From positions 64,001 to 128,000 of the forward strand of contig CAWHDZ010000027.1 in assembly GCA_963828255.1 (NCBI GenBank): a stretch of 64,000 nt of DNA, written 5' to 3'. The translations under genes and the position numbers were made by a program. Below are positions 7,650 to 17,559 of this stretch, in pieces. The notes under the pieces are model-generated. The model searched no databases and was not told the DNA's origin. It worked only from the letters and a program-made list of their open reading frames with translations. How positions within the stretch are numbered: position 1 is the first letter of the stretch; the number at the start of each line of letters is the position of its first letter. Source of the DNA: an uncultured delta proteobacterium. GTDB lineage: Bacteria > Myxococcota > Myxococcia > Myxococcales > Anaeromyxobacteraceae.

Positions 7650-9898
7650 GGACCGTGCTCCGCGCTGGCCCGATCGTCGCCGGAGAGGCGGGTGGAGAGC
7701 CGGTCCCGCCGGCGCAGGCGGGTGGCGTCGAGGAGCATTCGCCCCGCCCACCGGAACACGTTGAACTCGGCGACGAGCGTGCGCAGCGACCGCATGCGCT
7801 CCTCCTGCTCGGCCTCGGACATGTCGAGCGCCGCGCCCAGGGCCGCGCTGGCCGCCTCCAGGTCGTACGGGTTCACGAGCAGCGCCTCGGTCAGCTCCCG
7901 GGCGGCGCCGGTGAAGCGGGAGAGCACCAGGACGCCCCGGAGGTCGTCGCGGGCCGAGACGAACTCCTTGGCCACGAGGTTCATCCCGTCGTGGAGGCTC
8001 GAGACGTAGCAGAGGTCGGCGGCGCGGTAGAGGCGGAACACCTCCGGTGCATCGTGGTGCGAGTGGAGGAGCACGATCGGCCCGGGTCCATTGCTCCCGA
8101 ACCGGAGGTTGATCCGGGCGGTGAGGCGCTCCACCTCCTCGCCGAGAAGCCGGTAACGCTCGATGAGGGTCCGGCTCGGCGCCGCCACCTGCACGAACCA
8201 GAACTTGCCGACCAGGTCCGGACGCCGCTCGAGGAGACGTTCGACGGCGAGTAGCCGCTCGGCGATCCCCTTCGTGTAGTCGAGGCGGTCCACCCCGAGA
8301 CCGATCCGGGCGTCGGCGGGAAGCCCCAGCTCGGCCCGGATCCTCTCGCGGCACTCGGCGACCGGGGGCGCGTGGTCGAGCCACCTGCTCGGCCACTCCA
8401 CCGAGATGGGGTAGGCGCGGATCAGGGTCTCGCGTCCGGCCACGATCACCGATTGCCGCTCCCGGTCGATGCGGGCCTCCAGCGTCCGGTCCACCGACTC
8501 GAGGAAGTTGTTGCAGTGGGCCTGCGTGTGGAAGCCCAGGATGCTCGAGCCCAGCAGACCCTCGAGCAGTTGCTTGTCCCACGGGCAGATGGCGAAGCGC
8601 TCCGCGCTCGGCCAGGGGATGTGCCAGAAGGTCAGGATCGTGGCCCGGGGAAGGCGCCGGTGGATCATGCGGGGGAGCATCGCGAAGTGGTAGTCCTGGA
8701 CCAGCACCACCGGGCCGTCGCCCTGCACCTCGTCGGCCACCGCCTGGGCGAAGCGCCGGTTGGCCTCCTGGTAGTGGTTCCAGTCCCCGGCCCGGAACTC
8801 GGGCCGGGCGTCGGCCAGGTGGCACAGGGGCCAGAGCCCCTCGTTCGAGAAGCCGTAGTAGTAGCCCCGCTCCACCTCCGGCTCGAGCCAGACCCGCCGC
8901 AGCGTGTAGGAGGCCTCGCCCGGAGGGACGAGGATCCGGTCCTTCCGGTCCACCACGTCCCGGTCGGCCGAGCCGCTCCCGTGCGCGATCCAGGTGCCGG
9001 AGCAGGCCCGCATGACCGGCTCGATCGCGGTGACCAGGCCGCTCGCCGGGTGCATGACGCGAACCAGCCCGTCGTCCCCGCGCACGTGCATGTAGGGCTC
9101 CCGGTTGGCGACCGCGACCACGCCCTCGCCTCCCAGGCTCCGCTCCAGCACCCGCCGCAGGCGCTCGGCGGTCCAGCGACCACCGTGGGTCGCTTCTTCC
9201 GTTGCCAGCGATGCGACCAGTTCCCGGACGTCGGCGAGCACCGGGCCGAAGTCCGCCGGGGATGCCCTCGGCAGGAGCCCACCCCCCCGGAGGAGCCCGG
9301 GGAGCATCTGCCTGAGCTCGGCGGTCCAGGAGCGGCGAGAGAATCGGGCCGTGAGGATCGTGGCGATCGCGGCGGCGAATCCCACCAGGCCGAAGGCGAT
9401 GAAGAGCGCCTGGCGCGTGGTCGACGCCCGGCGGTCGACGAAGGAAAGGTCGTGGACGAGCACCAGGTGGCCGATCACCGCGCCTTGATCGTCCACCGGA
9501 ACCCAGCTGACATGGACGTCGCCGCCCGCCATGGGGACGTTCTCGTCGAGGCCGTCAGCCAGGTCACCCTCGGGCTCGGCCCTGCCCTCGCAGCGCGCCT
9601 GGGCGGGCAGGTCGCCGACGGCGGCGAGCGTTCGAAGACTGCGATCGCACACGGCAGCGGCGATGAGCCGCTCGTCCCGGACCAGGGCCTCGAGCAGCAC
9701 CCGGCTCCCCTTCCGGTCGCCGGAGGCGAGGTTGCGCGCCAGGGTCTCGCGGGAGCCGGAAAGCACGAGGCGTGCCCGGGCCTTGAGATCCCGCTCCGCC
9801 CAGGTGCGCGCGCTCCGGGCGGCAACCGCCGACGCTCCCCACGCGATGAGCGCGAGGAGGAGCAACAGCGGCACCAGGAATCGAAAAGCGAATCGCAT
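7646..9898 (-). CDS. otsA: Trehalose-6-phosphate synthase (GT20) with an N-terminal two-TM extracytoplasmic module
   Basis: VANREPY, YYYGFSNEGLWPLCH, QDYH, FWHIPWP, VDRLDYTKG and DGMNLVAKEF motifs; about 250 extra N-terminal residues with two hydrophobic helices. Confidence 0.93.
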   Translation of the reverse strand: MRFAFRFLVPLLLLLALIAWGASAVAARSARTWAERDLKARARLVLSGSRETLARNLASGDRKGSRVLLEALVRDERLIAAAVCDRSLRTLAAVGDLPAQARCEGRAEPEGDLADGLDENVPMAGGDVHVSWVPVDDQGAVIGHLVLVHDLSFVDRRASTTRQALFIAFGLVGFAAAIATILTARFSRRSWTAELRQMLPGLLRGGGLLPRASPADFGPVLADVRELVASLATEEATHGGRWTAERLRRVLERSLGGEGVVAVANREPYMHVRGDDGLVRVMHPASGLVTAIEPVMRACSGTWIAHGSGSADRDVVDRKDRILVPPGEASYTLRRVWLEPEVERGYYYGFSNEGLWPLCHLADARPEFRAGDWNHYQEANRRFAQAVADEVQGDGPVVLVQDYHFAMLPRMIHRRLPRATILTFWHIPWPSAERFAICPWDKQLLEGLLGSSILGFHTQAHCNNFLESVDRTLEARIDRERQSVIVAGRETLIRAYPISVEWPSRWLDHAPPVAECRERIRAELGLPADARIGLGVDRLDYTKGIAERLLAVERLLERRPDLVGKFWFVQVAAPSRTLIERYRLLGEEVERLTARINLRFGSNGPGPIVLLHSHHDAPEVFRLYRAADLCYVSSLHDGMNLVAKEFVSARDDLRGVLVLSRFTGAARELTEALLVNPYDLEAASAALGAALDMSEAEQEERMRSLRTLVAEFNVFRWAGRMLLDATRLRRRDRLSTRLSGDDRASAEHGP

Positions 9899-9971
9899 GG
9901 CACGTCCCTTCCGGGATAGCTTATGTCAATGGAGGGTGGCGATCCCCGCAATTCGGCGGTAGGGGGAGGGG

Positions 9972-11680
9972 ATGCGCCTCGACGACCTTGGCCTCATAGG
10001 CAATGGCCAGTATGCGGCGCTCGTCCACCGGGACGGCGCGGTGGTCTGGTGCTGCCTTCCCCGCTTCGACTCCGAGCCGATCTTCGGCTCGCTGCTCGAC
10101 GAGCCCGGCGGAGGCCGATTCCAGGTCGGCCCGGCCTCCGGCGCCCCGGGGGTCCAGCGCTACATCCCCAACACCAACGTGCTCGAGACCCTCTTCGACG
10201 ACGGGACCGATGCCTCCGGCTCATCGACTTCGCCCCTCGCTTCGAGCAGCACGAGCGCTCCTTTCGCCCCACCCAGCTCTTCCGGGTGCTCGAGCCAATT
10301 CGTGGCCAGCCTCGCGTCCGCGTGGTCTGCGACCCGCGCCTGGGCTGGAGCCGAAAGCCGCCGCAGGTGCTCCAGGGATCGAACCACCTCCGGTACGAGG
10401 GGTTCGACGCGCCTCTCCGCCTCACCACCGACGTACCGCTCTCCTACCTGGCCACCGGCCAGCCCTTCGCCCTGACCGGGCGGCGCCACCTGGCGCTGTC
10501 CTGGGGACAACCCATCGAGGAGCCGCTCCAGCCCCTCACCGACCGCTTCCTGGGGGAGACGATTCGCCACTGGCGACTCCGGGTGAAGGGCTGCGCGGTG
10601 CCCGTACTCTTCCAGGACGCGGTCATCCGCTCGGCCCTGGCCTTGAAGCTCCACTGCTTCGAGGACACCGGCGCCATCGTCGCCGCCACCACGACCTCGA
10701 TTCCAGAGGCGCCAGGAAGCGGAAGGACCTGGGACTATCGGTACTGCTGGCTCCGCGACGCCTACTACGTCCCCGGTGCATTCCACCTGCTGGGGCACTT
10801 CGAGGAGCGGGAGCGGTTCATCCAGTGGCTCTTCGACGTGGCGGGCGGAAGCCCCGACCTGGACCTGGCTCCCCTCTACCGCGTCGACGGCCGCACCGAC
10901 CTGGAGGAGCGGCTCGTCCCCGGCTGGCCGGGGTTCGGCGGCCACGGGCCGGTCCGGGTGGGGAACGGCGCCGCCTTGCAGCGCCAGAACGACATCTTCG
11001 GGGAGACCGCGCTCGCCCTGCTCACCCGCCTGGCCCGCAAGGCCGTGGCGGTCGCCGGCACACCCGATGCGGGCATCTGGGAGGTTCGCGCGCCGGTCCA
11101 CGCGCGGACCTTCTCCAGCCTGATGAGCTGGGCCGCGGCGGACCGCGTCGCAGTGGTGCTTCACGCCCGCAAGGCCGACGGAGCAGCAGAGTTCGCGGCG
11201 GGAGCGGCCCGGATCCGGGACGACATCCTTCACCAGGCGTGGAACGGGACGACCGGCGCCTTCGCCGCGACCTACGGCGGGTCGGACCTCGACGCGTCGC
11301 TCCTGCAGATGGCGCCGCTCCGGTTCCTCCCCGCGGACGACCCCCGCCTGGGCGCGACGGTCGACGCCGTGACGCGGGGGCTGGGGCGCGACGGGTGGAT
11401 CTGGCGCTACGCCGACGACGATGGCCTGGATACTCCCCAGGTGGCCTTCGTCCTCTGCACGCTCTGGCTGGTGGAGGCCCTGGCCGTCCTGGGGCGCGGC
11501 GCCGACGCCCGGCGCACGCTGGAGCTCGCCCTGGCGGCCCGGACCCCCCTCGGCCTCCTCTCCGAGGACTTCGACCCTCGGAGCGGCGAGCGCTGGGGCA
11601 ACTTCCCGCAGGCCTACTCACACGTCGGGCTCATCCGCGCAGCGTTCGCAGCCTCGCCCGCCTGGGGCGACGTGCTCTGA
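9972..11680 (+). pseudogene. Glycoside hydrolase family 15 (trehalase/glucoamylase-like), frameshifted
   Basis: The N-terminus (LGLIGNGQYAALV, CLPRFDS, NTNVLET) is in one frame and the remainder (WDYRYCWLRDA, DAGIWE, LLSED, WGNFPQAYSHVGLI) is in another. The shift at about 10215 is explained by one missing base (GCC TC CGG for GCC TTC CGG). Could be a sequencing error. Confidence 0.85.
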
Positions 11681-11731
11681 CACCGGGCGTCCCTTGTCCC
11701 GGCCGCGGCGGCCGTGACAACATCCCGCGCC

Positions 11732-13666
11732 ATGATCCCGACCGCCCTCGTCGGCGCACTGCTCCTGGGCGCTCCTCCCGTCCCTCCGGCTGCCCCGGCA
11801 GCCCTGCCCTCCGAGATCCCCGCCGCGTTCACCCCCACCCAGCATGGCTTCGACCACGACCGGCGCGAGGTGATGATCCCGATGCGGGACGGGGTGAAGC
11901 TCCACACGGTGATCCTGGTTCCGAAGGGGGCGAAGGGGGCGGCGATGCTCCTCACCCGCACCCCCTACGAGGCCGACAAGCTCACCTCCCATGCGGCGAG
12001 CTCTCACCTCGGCCCGGTGCTCCAGGGCTACGACAACGCCACCGACGTGATCGTGGAGGGAGGCTACATCCGGGTGGTGCAGGACATCCGAGGCAAGTTC
12101 CGCTCGGAGGGGGACTACGTGATGACCCGCCCCCTGCGAGGTCCGCAGAATCCCACCGCGGTGGACCACGCCACCGACACCTACGACACCATCGACTGGC
12201 TGGTGAAGAACCTCCCCGAGTCGAACGGCAGGGTGGGGATCCTGGGCATCTCCTACGACGGCTTCCTCCCGCTCATGGCGCTCGTCGACCCGCACCCCGC
12301 GCTCAAGGTGGCGGTGCCCATGAACCCCATGGTGGACGGGTGGCGGGGCGACGACTGGTTCCACAACGGCGCCTTCCGCCAGGTCAACCTCCCCTACATC
12401 TACGACCAGGAGGCGACCCGGAAGTCGGAGGTGAAGTGGTGGTCCAGCGACCGTGACGACTACGAAACCTACCTCCGGGCCGGATCCGCCGGGGAGCTGG
12501 GGCGGCAGCGGGGCATGGAGCAGCTGGGCTTCTGGCGGAAGATCCTGGCGCACCCGGCCTACGACGCCTTCTGGCAGGACCAGGCCATGGACCGGGTGCT
12601 CGCCTCCCGGCCCCTCACCGTCCCGGTGATGATCGTGCACGGCCTCTGGGACCAAGAGGACATCTACGGCCCCATCGCCCTGTACCAGGCCCTGGAGCGG
12701 AAGGACGCCCGGAACGACCTCGTCTACCTGGTCATCGGCCCCTGGTTCCACGGCCAGCAGATCGGCGAGGGGAGCAGCCTCGGGGCCATCAAGTTCCACG
12801 CCGACACGGCGCTGCAGTTCCGGCGCGACGTGCTCCGTCCCTTCCTGGACCAGTACCTGAAGGAGGGCGCCCCCCAGGCCGGCGTGGCGCCGGTCACCGC
12901 CTTCGTGACCGGCAGCAACACCTGGCGCAAGCTCGCGGCCTGGCCTGCCGGCTGTGACTCCGGGTGCAAGGTGCGCCCCACGCCGCTGTATCTCACCGCC
13001 GGCCAGAAGGCCGGCTTCGCGCCGCCTCGCGCCGGGGACGCCCCCTTCGAGGAATGGGTCTCCGACCCGGCCAGGCCCGTCCCGTACCGCAACCGCCCCA
13101 TCCGTCCCACCGACGACGGCCACTACTGGGAGAACTGGGCCCGCTGGCTCGTCGACGACCAGCGCAACGCCGCCAGCCGCACCGACGTGGCGACCTTCGT
13201 CTCCGAGCCGCTCGCCGCGCCGCTCCAGGCCTCCGGCCTGCCGGTGGTGAACCTGGTCGCCTCGACCAGCGGCACCGACTCCGACTGGGTGGTGAAGCTC
13301 ATCGACGTCTACCCCGACGAGGTGGCGGCCGATCCAGCCATGGGGGGCTACCAGCTCATGGTCGCGGCCGACGTCTTCCGCGGCCGCTACCGCGAGAGCC
13401 TCGAGAAGCCGGCCCCCATCCCCCCCGGGAAGCCGCTCCCCTACCGTTTCGACCTCCCCACGGTGAACCACGTCTTCCGCCCGGGCCACCGCATCATGGT
13501 CCAGGTCCAGTCGAGCTGGTTCCCGCTCTACGACCGGAACCCCCAGACCTTCGTCGAGAGCATCTTCTGGGCGAAGCCCACGGACTACCGCAAGGCCACC
13601 CAGCGGGTGCACCACGCGCCAGGCCAGGCGAGCTTCGTCGAGCTTCCCGTCGTCGTCCCGGAATGA
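11732..13666 (+). CDS. Exported CocE/NonD family hydrolase (alpha-amino acid ester hydrolase-like)
   Basis: Signal peptide, IPMRDGVKL, RTPY, QDIRGK, nucleophile motif GISYDG, DDWFHNGAFR and C-terminal SSWFPLYDRNPQ. Confidence 0.92.
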   Translation: MIPTALVGALLLGAPPVPPAAPAALPSEIPAAFTPTQHGFDHDRREVMIPMRDGVKLHTVILVPKGAKGAAMLLTRTPYEADKLTSHAASSHLGPVLQGYDNATDVIVEGGYIRVVQDIRGKFRSEGDYVMTRPLRGPQNPTAVDHATDTYDTIDWLVKNLPESNGRVGILGISYDGFLPLMALVDPHPALKVAVPMNPMVDGWRGDDWFHNGAFRQVNLPYIYDQEATRKSEVKWWSSDRDDYETYLRAGSAGELGRQRGMEQLGFWRKILAHPAYDAFWQDQAMDRVLASRPLTVPVMIVHGLWDQEDIYGPIALYQALERKDARNDLVYLVIGPWFHGQQIGEGSSLGAIKFHADTALQFRRDVLRPFLDQYLKEGAPQAGVAPVTAFVTGSNTWRKLAAWPAGCDSGCKVRPTPLYLTAGQKAGFAPPRAGDAPFEEWVSDPARPVPYRNRPIRPTDDGHYWENWARWLVDDQRNAASRTDVATFVSEPLAAPLQASGLPVVNLVASTSGTDSDWVVKLIDVYPDEVAADPAMGGYQLMVAADVFRGRYRESLEKPAPIPPGKPLPYRFDLPTVNHVFRPGHRIMVQVQSSWFPLYDRNPQTFVESIFWAKPTDYRKATQRVHHAPGQASFVELPVVVPE

Positions 13667-13780
13667 GCGACCGCCTGTCGCTTCCCGGATACACCAACGG
13701 GGCGATTTGAGATAAAAGCGCACCGCGCGAGCCGAGGCCCGTGCGGCATCGTTTCCTTCCCCAGCCGAGGTGGCGTCAAA

Positions 13781-15238
13781 ATGGTCGAGTTCGGAAAGCG
13801 GATCCTCTTCGTCGGTTACGGTGCGGTGGCCCAGTGCACCCTGCCCATCCTCTTCAAGCACATGAAGGTGAGCCCGAAGAACGTCACGGTGATGGACTTC
13901 GAGGACCGGCGCGAGGCGCTCGCCCAGTGGACGCGGAAGGGCGTCCGGTTCGTGCAGAAGAAGATCACCCGGGCCAACATGGCCTCGGTGCTCGGCAAGC
14001 ACGTCGGCGAGGGCGACGTGGTGGTGGACCTGGCCTGGAACATCGACGCCTGCGAGATCCTCCAGTGGTGCCACGACCACGGCGTCCTCTACGTGAACAC
14101 GTCGGTCGAGGTCTGGGATCCCTACGAAGGGGCCGAGAACAAGCACCCCACCGAACGCACGCTCTACTGGCGTCACATGAACCTGCGCCGGATGACCGCC
14201 GGCTGGCAAGAGAAGGGGCCCACCGCGGTGCTCGAGCACGGCGCCAACCCCGGCCTCATCTCCCACTTCACCAAGCAGGGGCTCCTCGACATCGGCAAGA
14301 AGATGCTGAAGGACGGCAAGGCCAAGGGGCGCGACGCCGAGGAGATCCAGCAGCTCATGAAGGACCAGGCCTGGAACCACCTGTCCCGCAAGCTGGGCGT
14401 GAAGGTCATCCACTGCAGCGAGAGGGACACGCAGATCACCGACGTCCCCAAGAAGGTGGACGAGTTCGTGAACACCTGGAGCATCGAGGGCTTCCGCGAG
14501 GAGGGCACCACCACCGCCGAGATGGGCTGGGGCACCCACGAGAAGGAGCTGCCTCCCTACGCCGTCGAGCACGAGAGCGGCCCGAAGAACCAGATCTGCC
14601 TGGCCCGCATGGGCATGAACACCTGGGTGGTCTCCTGGGTCCCCAACTACTGCATCCACGGCATGGTGGTCCGGCATGGTGAGGCGTTCTCGATCAGCGA
14701 CAAGCTCACCGTGTGGGAGGGCGGAAAGGCGGTCTACCGCCCCACCGTCCACTACGCCTACTGCCCGAGCGACTCGGCCATCGCGTCGCTGAACGAGCTG
14801 CGCGGCTACGACTACGAGCTGCAGCCCAACCTCCGCATCCTGAACGACGAGATCACCAGCGGCTCCGACATCCTGGGCGCCCTCATCATGGGGCACCCCT
14901 ACAACTCCTGGTGGGTGGGCAGCGACCTCTCCATCGAGGAGTCGCGCCGGCTCGTCCCGCACCAGAACGCCACCACCATGCAGGTGGCCATCTCGGTGGT
15001 CGCGGCCACGCTCTGGATGGTGCAGAACCCCGACCGCGGCGTGGTGGTGCCCGACGACCTGCCGCACGAGTTCGTGCTCAAGATCGCCAGGCCCTACCTG
15101 GGCAAGTGGATCTCCAAGGCCTCGCCATGGACACCGCTCGCCCACTACACCAACTCCTTCGAGGGCTTCAACAACCCGCAGGTGGACACCACCGACCCCT
15201 GGCAGTTCAAGAACTTCCTGATCACCGACGGCGACTGA
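13781..15238 (+). CDS. hss: Homospermidine synthase
   Basis: GYGAV Rossmann start, HGANPGLISHF, IHCSERDTQ, FVNTWSIEG, YRPTVHYAY and QNATTMQV motifs. Confidence 0.92.
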   Translation: MVEFGKRILFVGYGAVAQCTLPILFKHMKVSPKNVTVMDFEDRREALAQWTRKGVRFVQKKITRANMASVLGKHVGEGDVVVDLAWNIDACEILQWCHDHGVLYVNTSVEVWDPYEGAENKHPTERTLYWRHMNLRRMTAGWQEKGPTAVLEHGANPGLISHFTKQGLLDIGKKMLKDGKAKGRDAEEIQQLMKDQAWNHLSRKLGVKVIHCSERDTQITDVPKKVDEFVNTWSIEGFREEGTTTAEMGWGTHEKELPPYAVEHESGPKNQICLARMGMNTWVVSWVPNYCIHGMVVRHGEAFSISDKLTVWEGGKAVYRPTVHYAYCPSDSAIASLNELRGYDYELQPNLRILNDEITSGSDILGALIMGHPYNSWWVGSDLSIEESRRLVPHQNATTMQVAISVVAATLWMVQNPDRGVVVPDDLPHEFVLKIARPYLGKWISKASPWTPLAHYTNSFEGFNNPQVDTTDPWQFKNFLITDGD

Positions 15239-15257
15239 CATCCGGCGGGAGGACCAC

Positions 15258-16400
15258 ATGGTCTCCACGAAGCGCCTGCAGCAGCTGGCCCGGGAGCACG
15301 GCACGCCGCTCTTCGTCGTGGATCACGACGAGCTGCGGAAGAACTACGCCACCTTCCGGAAGTACCTGCCCCGGGTCCAGGCCTACTACGCGGTCAAGGC
15401 CAACCCCGACCCGGCCATCGTGAAGACGCTCTTCGATGCCGGCGCCAGCTTCGACGTGGCCTCGATGCCCGAGTTCATGATCGTGCACGACCTGATCCGC
15501 GAGATGCCGGAGAAGGAGCGGCAGGCCTGGATCTGGGACAAGATCATCTACGCCAATCCCATCAAGGCCAACGGGACCCTCCGGCAGCTCGACCGCTACA
15601 AGCCGCTCGTCACCTACGACAACCTGGAGGAGATCAAGAAGATCAAGAAGTACGCTCCCCGCGCCGGGCTCGCGCTGCGGCTGCGCGTCCCCAACACCGG
15701 CGCCATGGTGGAGCTCTCCTCCAAGTTCGGGGCGTCGTCGGGCGAGGCGGTGGACCTCATCCTGGCCGCGGAGAAGGAGGGGCTCACCGTCGAGGGCATC
15801 TCCTTCCACGTGGGCAGCCAGACCACCAACTTCGACAACTACGTCCAGGCGCTGAACCTGGCCGCCAACGTCTTCCGCGAGGCCAAATCCCGCGGCGCCG
15901 GCAAGATGTTCCTCGTGGACATCGGCGGCGGCTTCCCGGCCCCGTACGACGACTCGGTGAAGCCCTTCCGGGAGCTGGCGAAGACGCTCAACCGCGAGCT
16001 CGACCGGCTCTTCCCGAAGGACATCCAGATCCTGGCCGAGCCGGGGCGCTTCATGGTGGCCACCGCCGGCACCGTGGTCTGCACCGTCATCGGCAAGGCG
16101 GTCCGCGACGGCAAGCTCTGCTACTACGTGGACGACGGCGTCTACCACACCTTCTCCGGGGTCATCTTCGATCACTGCCAGTATCACTTCGAGGCGTTCA
16201 AGAAGGGGCCCATCGAGACCTGCTCGGTCTTCGGCCCGACCTGCGACGCCCTCGACGTGGTCTCCATGACCGAGCGGCTCCCGTCCGACCTCAAGCTCGG
16301 CGACATGGTCTACAGCCGGAACATCGGGGCCTACAGCCACGCCTCGTCCACCTCCTTCAACGGTTTTCCACCGGCCAAGGTGATCCACGTGAACAGGTAG
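15258..16400 (+). CDS. Fold-type III PLP-dependent ornithine/lysine decarboxylase
   Basis: YAVKANP (PLP Lys), SKFG, FHVGSQ, DIGGGF, EPGRF, GPTCD and GAY motifs; 19 bp after hss with GGAGG RBS. Confidence 0.92.
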   Translation: MVSTKRLQQLAREHGTPLFVVDHDELRKNYATFRKYLPRVQAYYAVKANPDPAIVKTLFDAGASFDVASMPEFMIVHDLIREMPEKERQAWIWDKIIYANPIKANGTLRQLDRYKPLVTYDNLEEIKKIKKYAPRAGLALRLRVPNTGAMVELSSKFGASSGEAVDLILAAEKEGLTVEGISFHVGSQTTNFDNYVQALNLAANVFREAKSRGAGKMFLVDIGGGFPAPYDDSVKPFRELAKTLNRELDRLFPKDIQILAEPGRFMVATAGTVVCTVIGKAVRDGKLCYYVDDGVYHTFSGVIFDHCQYHFEAFKKGPIETCSVFGPTCDALDVVSMTERLPSDLKLGDMVYSRNIGAYSHASSTSFNGFPPAKVIHVNR

Positions 16401-16530
16401 GGCTTCCGGTCTGCTTTCCGGAGTCGATCCGGCAGGTTGGACGCCGCCCCTGTGCACGGGACCTGCCCCCCGAAAGGGAGTAGAGTGAAGAGAATCCAGT
16501 TCCGGTGCGTCCGTTCCAGCGGGTGACGCC

Positions 16531-17514
16531 ATGAAGACCTTCGGTTCCGCAGTCGTGCTGTCCGCCGCGCTCCTCCTGTGGCCCGGGACTTCCCTGGCTG
16601 ACGACACGCCGCAGGGGGTCGAGCCCACCGAGCCGGCGCCGACCTGGACGCCGCCGCCGCCCACCGAGGTGAACTTCGCCGGTGGGGAGGAGTTCGTGGC
16701 CCAGCAGGCCGTTCCCTCCGGGCAATGGGTCTTCACGAGCCAGTACGGGTGGATCTGGATGCCCCACGGGAACTCGTTCACCTTCCTCCCGACCAATGGC
16801 TCCACCCCCAACATGTTCGTCTTCTTCCCGGCCGTCGGCTGGTCCTGGGTCATGGCACCCTGGGTCTGGGGCTGGGGGCCGATGCCCTGGTTCGGGTTCG
16901 CGGGCTGGAACCGGTTCGCCTGGTGGGGTTCCGGCTTCGGGACCTGGCACGGCTTCGCGCGCCCCTTCGCTCACGCCGGATGGCACGGTGGCGGCTACTT
17001 CCACGGTGGACGCTGGAACGGCGTCGGCCCCGGCTACCGGCCACCGGGCGGCGGGGGGCACGCTCCCCCTCGTCCGAGCGTGGGCGGACCACCTTCGGCC
17101 GGGAGGCCGGGTGGACCCGGGGCGGTCCCGGGGCGCTACGGCGCTTCGCCCGGACGGATGGGAACGTCGCCCCGCGCGGCGCCTGCCGCGGTCCCCGGAC
17201 GGACCGGCGCGGTCCCGGCGCGCACCTACGGCGGCTCCATGGGTCGGCCGACCGGCGCGCTTCCCTCCTCGTTCGGCGCCGGGCGCGGACACGCCCCGCC
17301 CTCCCGCGCTTTCACCTCAGGTGGATCGGGAATGGCCGCGCGCGCACCGGCCGTGACGGCGATGCGCGGGGGCGGCTTCGGCGGCGGAGGCTTCTCCGGC
17401 GGCGGCGGACGTCCAGCCGCCCACGGGGGAGGCGGGTTCTCCGGTGGCGGCGCCCGCCCGGGCGGCTTCGGTGGCGGTGGCGGTGGTGGCCACGGGGGCG
17501 GCGGCCGCCGCTGA
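16531..17514 (+). CDS. Secreted hypothetical protein with a Trp/Gly-rich domain and Gly/Pro/Arg low-complexity tail
   Basis: Clear signal peptide (MKTFGSAVVLSAALLLWPGTSLA), GQWVFTSQYGWIWMP aromatic domain, repeated GGGF units at the C-terminus. Confidence 0.8.
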   Translation: MKTFGSAVVLSAALLLWPGTSLADDTPQGVEPTEPAPTWTPPPPTEVNFAGGEEFVAQQAVPSGQWVFTSQYGWIWMPHGNSFTFLPTNGSTPNMFVFFPAVGWSWVMAPWVWGWGPMPWFGFAGWNRFAWWGSGFGTWHGFARPFAHAGWHGGGYFHGGRWNGVGPGYRPPGGGGHAPPRPSVGGPPSAGRPGGPGAVPGRYGASPGRMGTSPRAAPAAVPGRTGAVPARTYGGSMGRPTGALPSSFGAGRGHAPPSRAFTSGGSGMAARAPAVTAMRGGGFGGGGFSGGGGRPAAHGGGGFSGGGARPGGFGGGGGGGHGGGGRR

Positions 17515-17559
17515 TCGGGCCGCGCCGGCGACGCAGGCTTCGTGCTAGGAGTCTCGCCG

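Noticed and set aside
13667..13780. Possible riboswitch upstream of hss
   Set aside because: Only a short GC hairpin; no recognisable aptamer consensus.
16488..16515. Possible ECF sigma promoter upstream of the Gly-rich protein
   Set aside because: The match to GGAAC-N16-CGTT is too weak at the -35 half.
17365..17510. GGC-rich repeats as a tandem repeat or CRISPR array
   Set aside because: They are glycine codons in a low-complexity tail; there is no constant repeat-spacer period and no cas gene.
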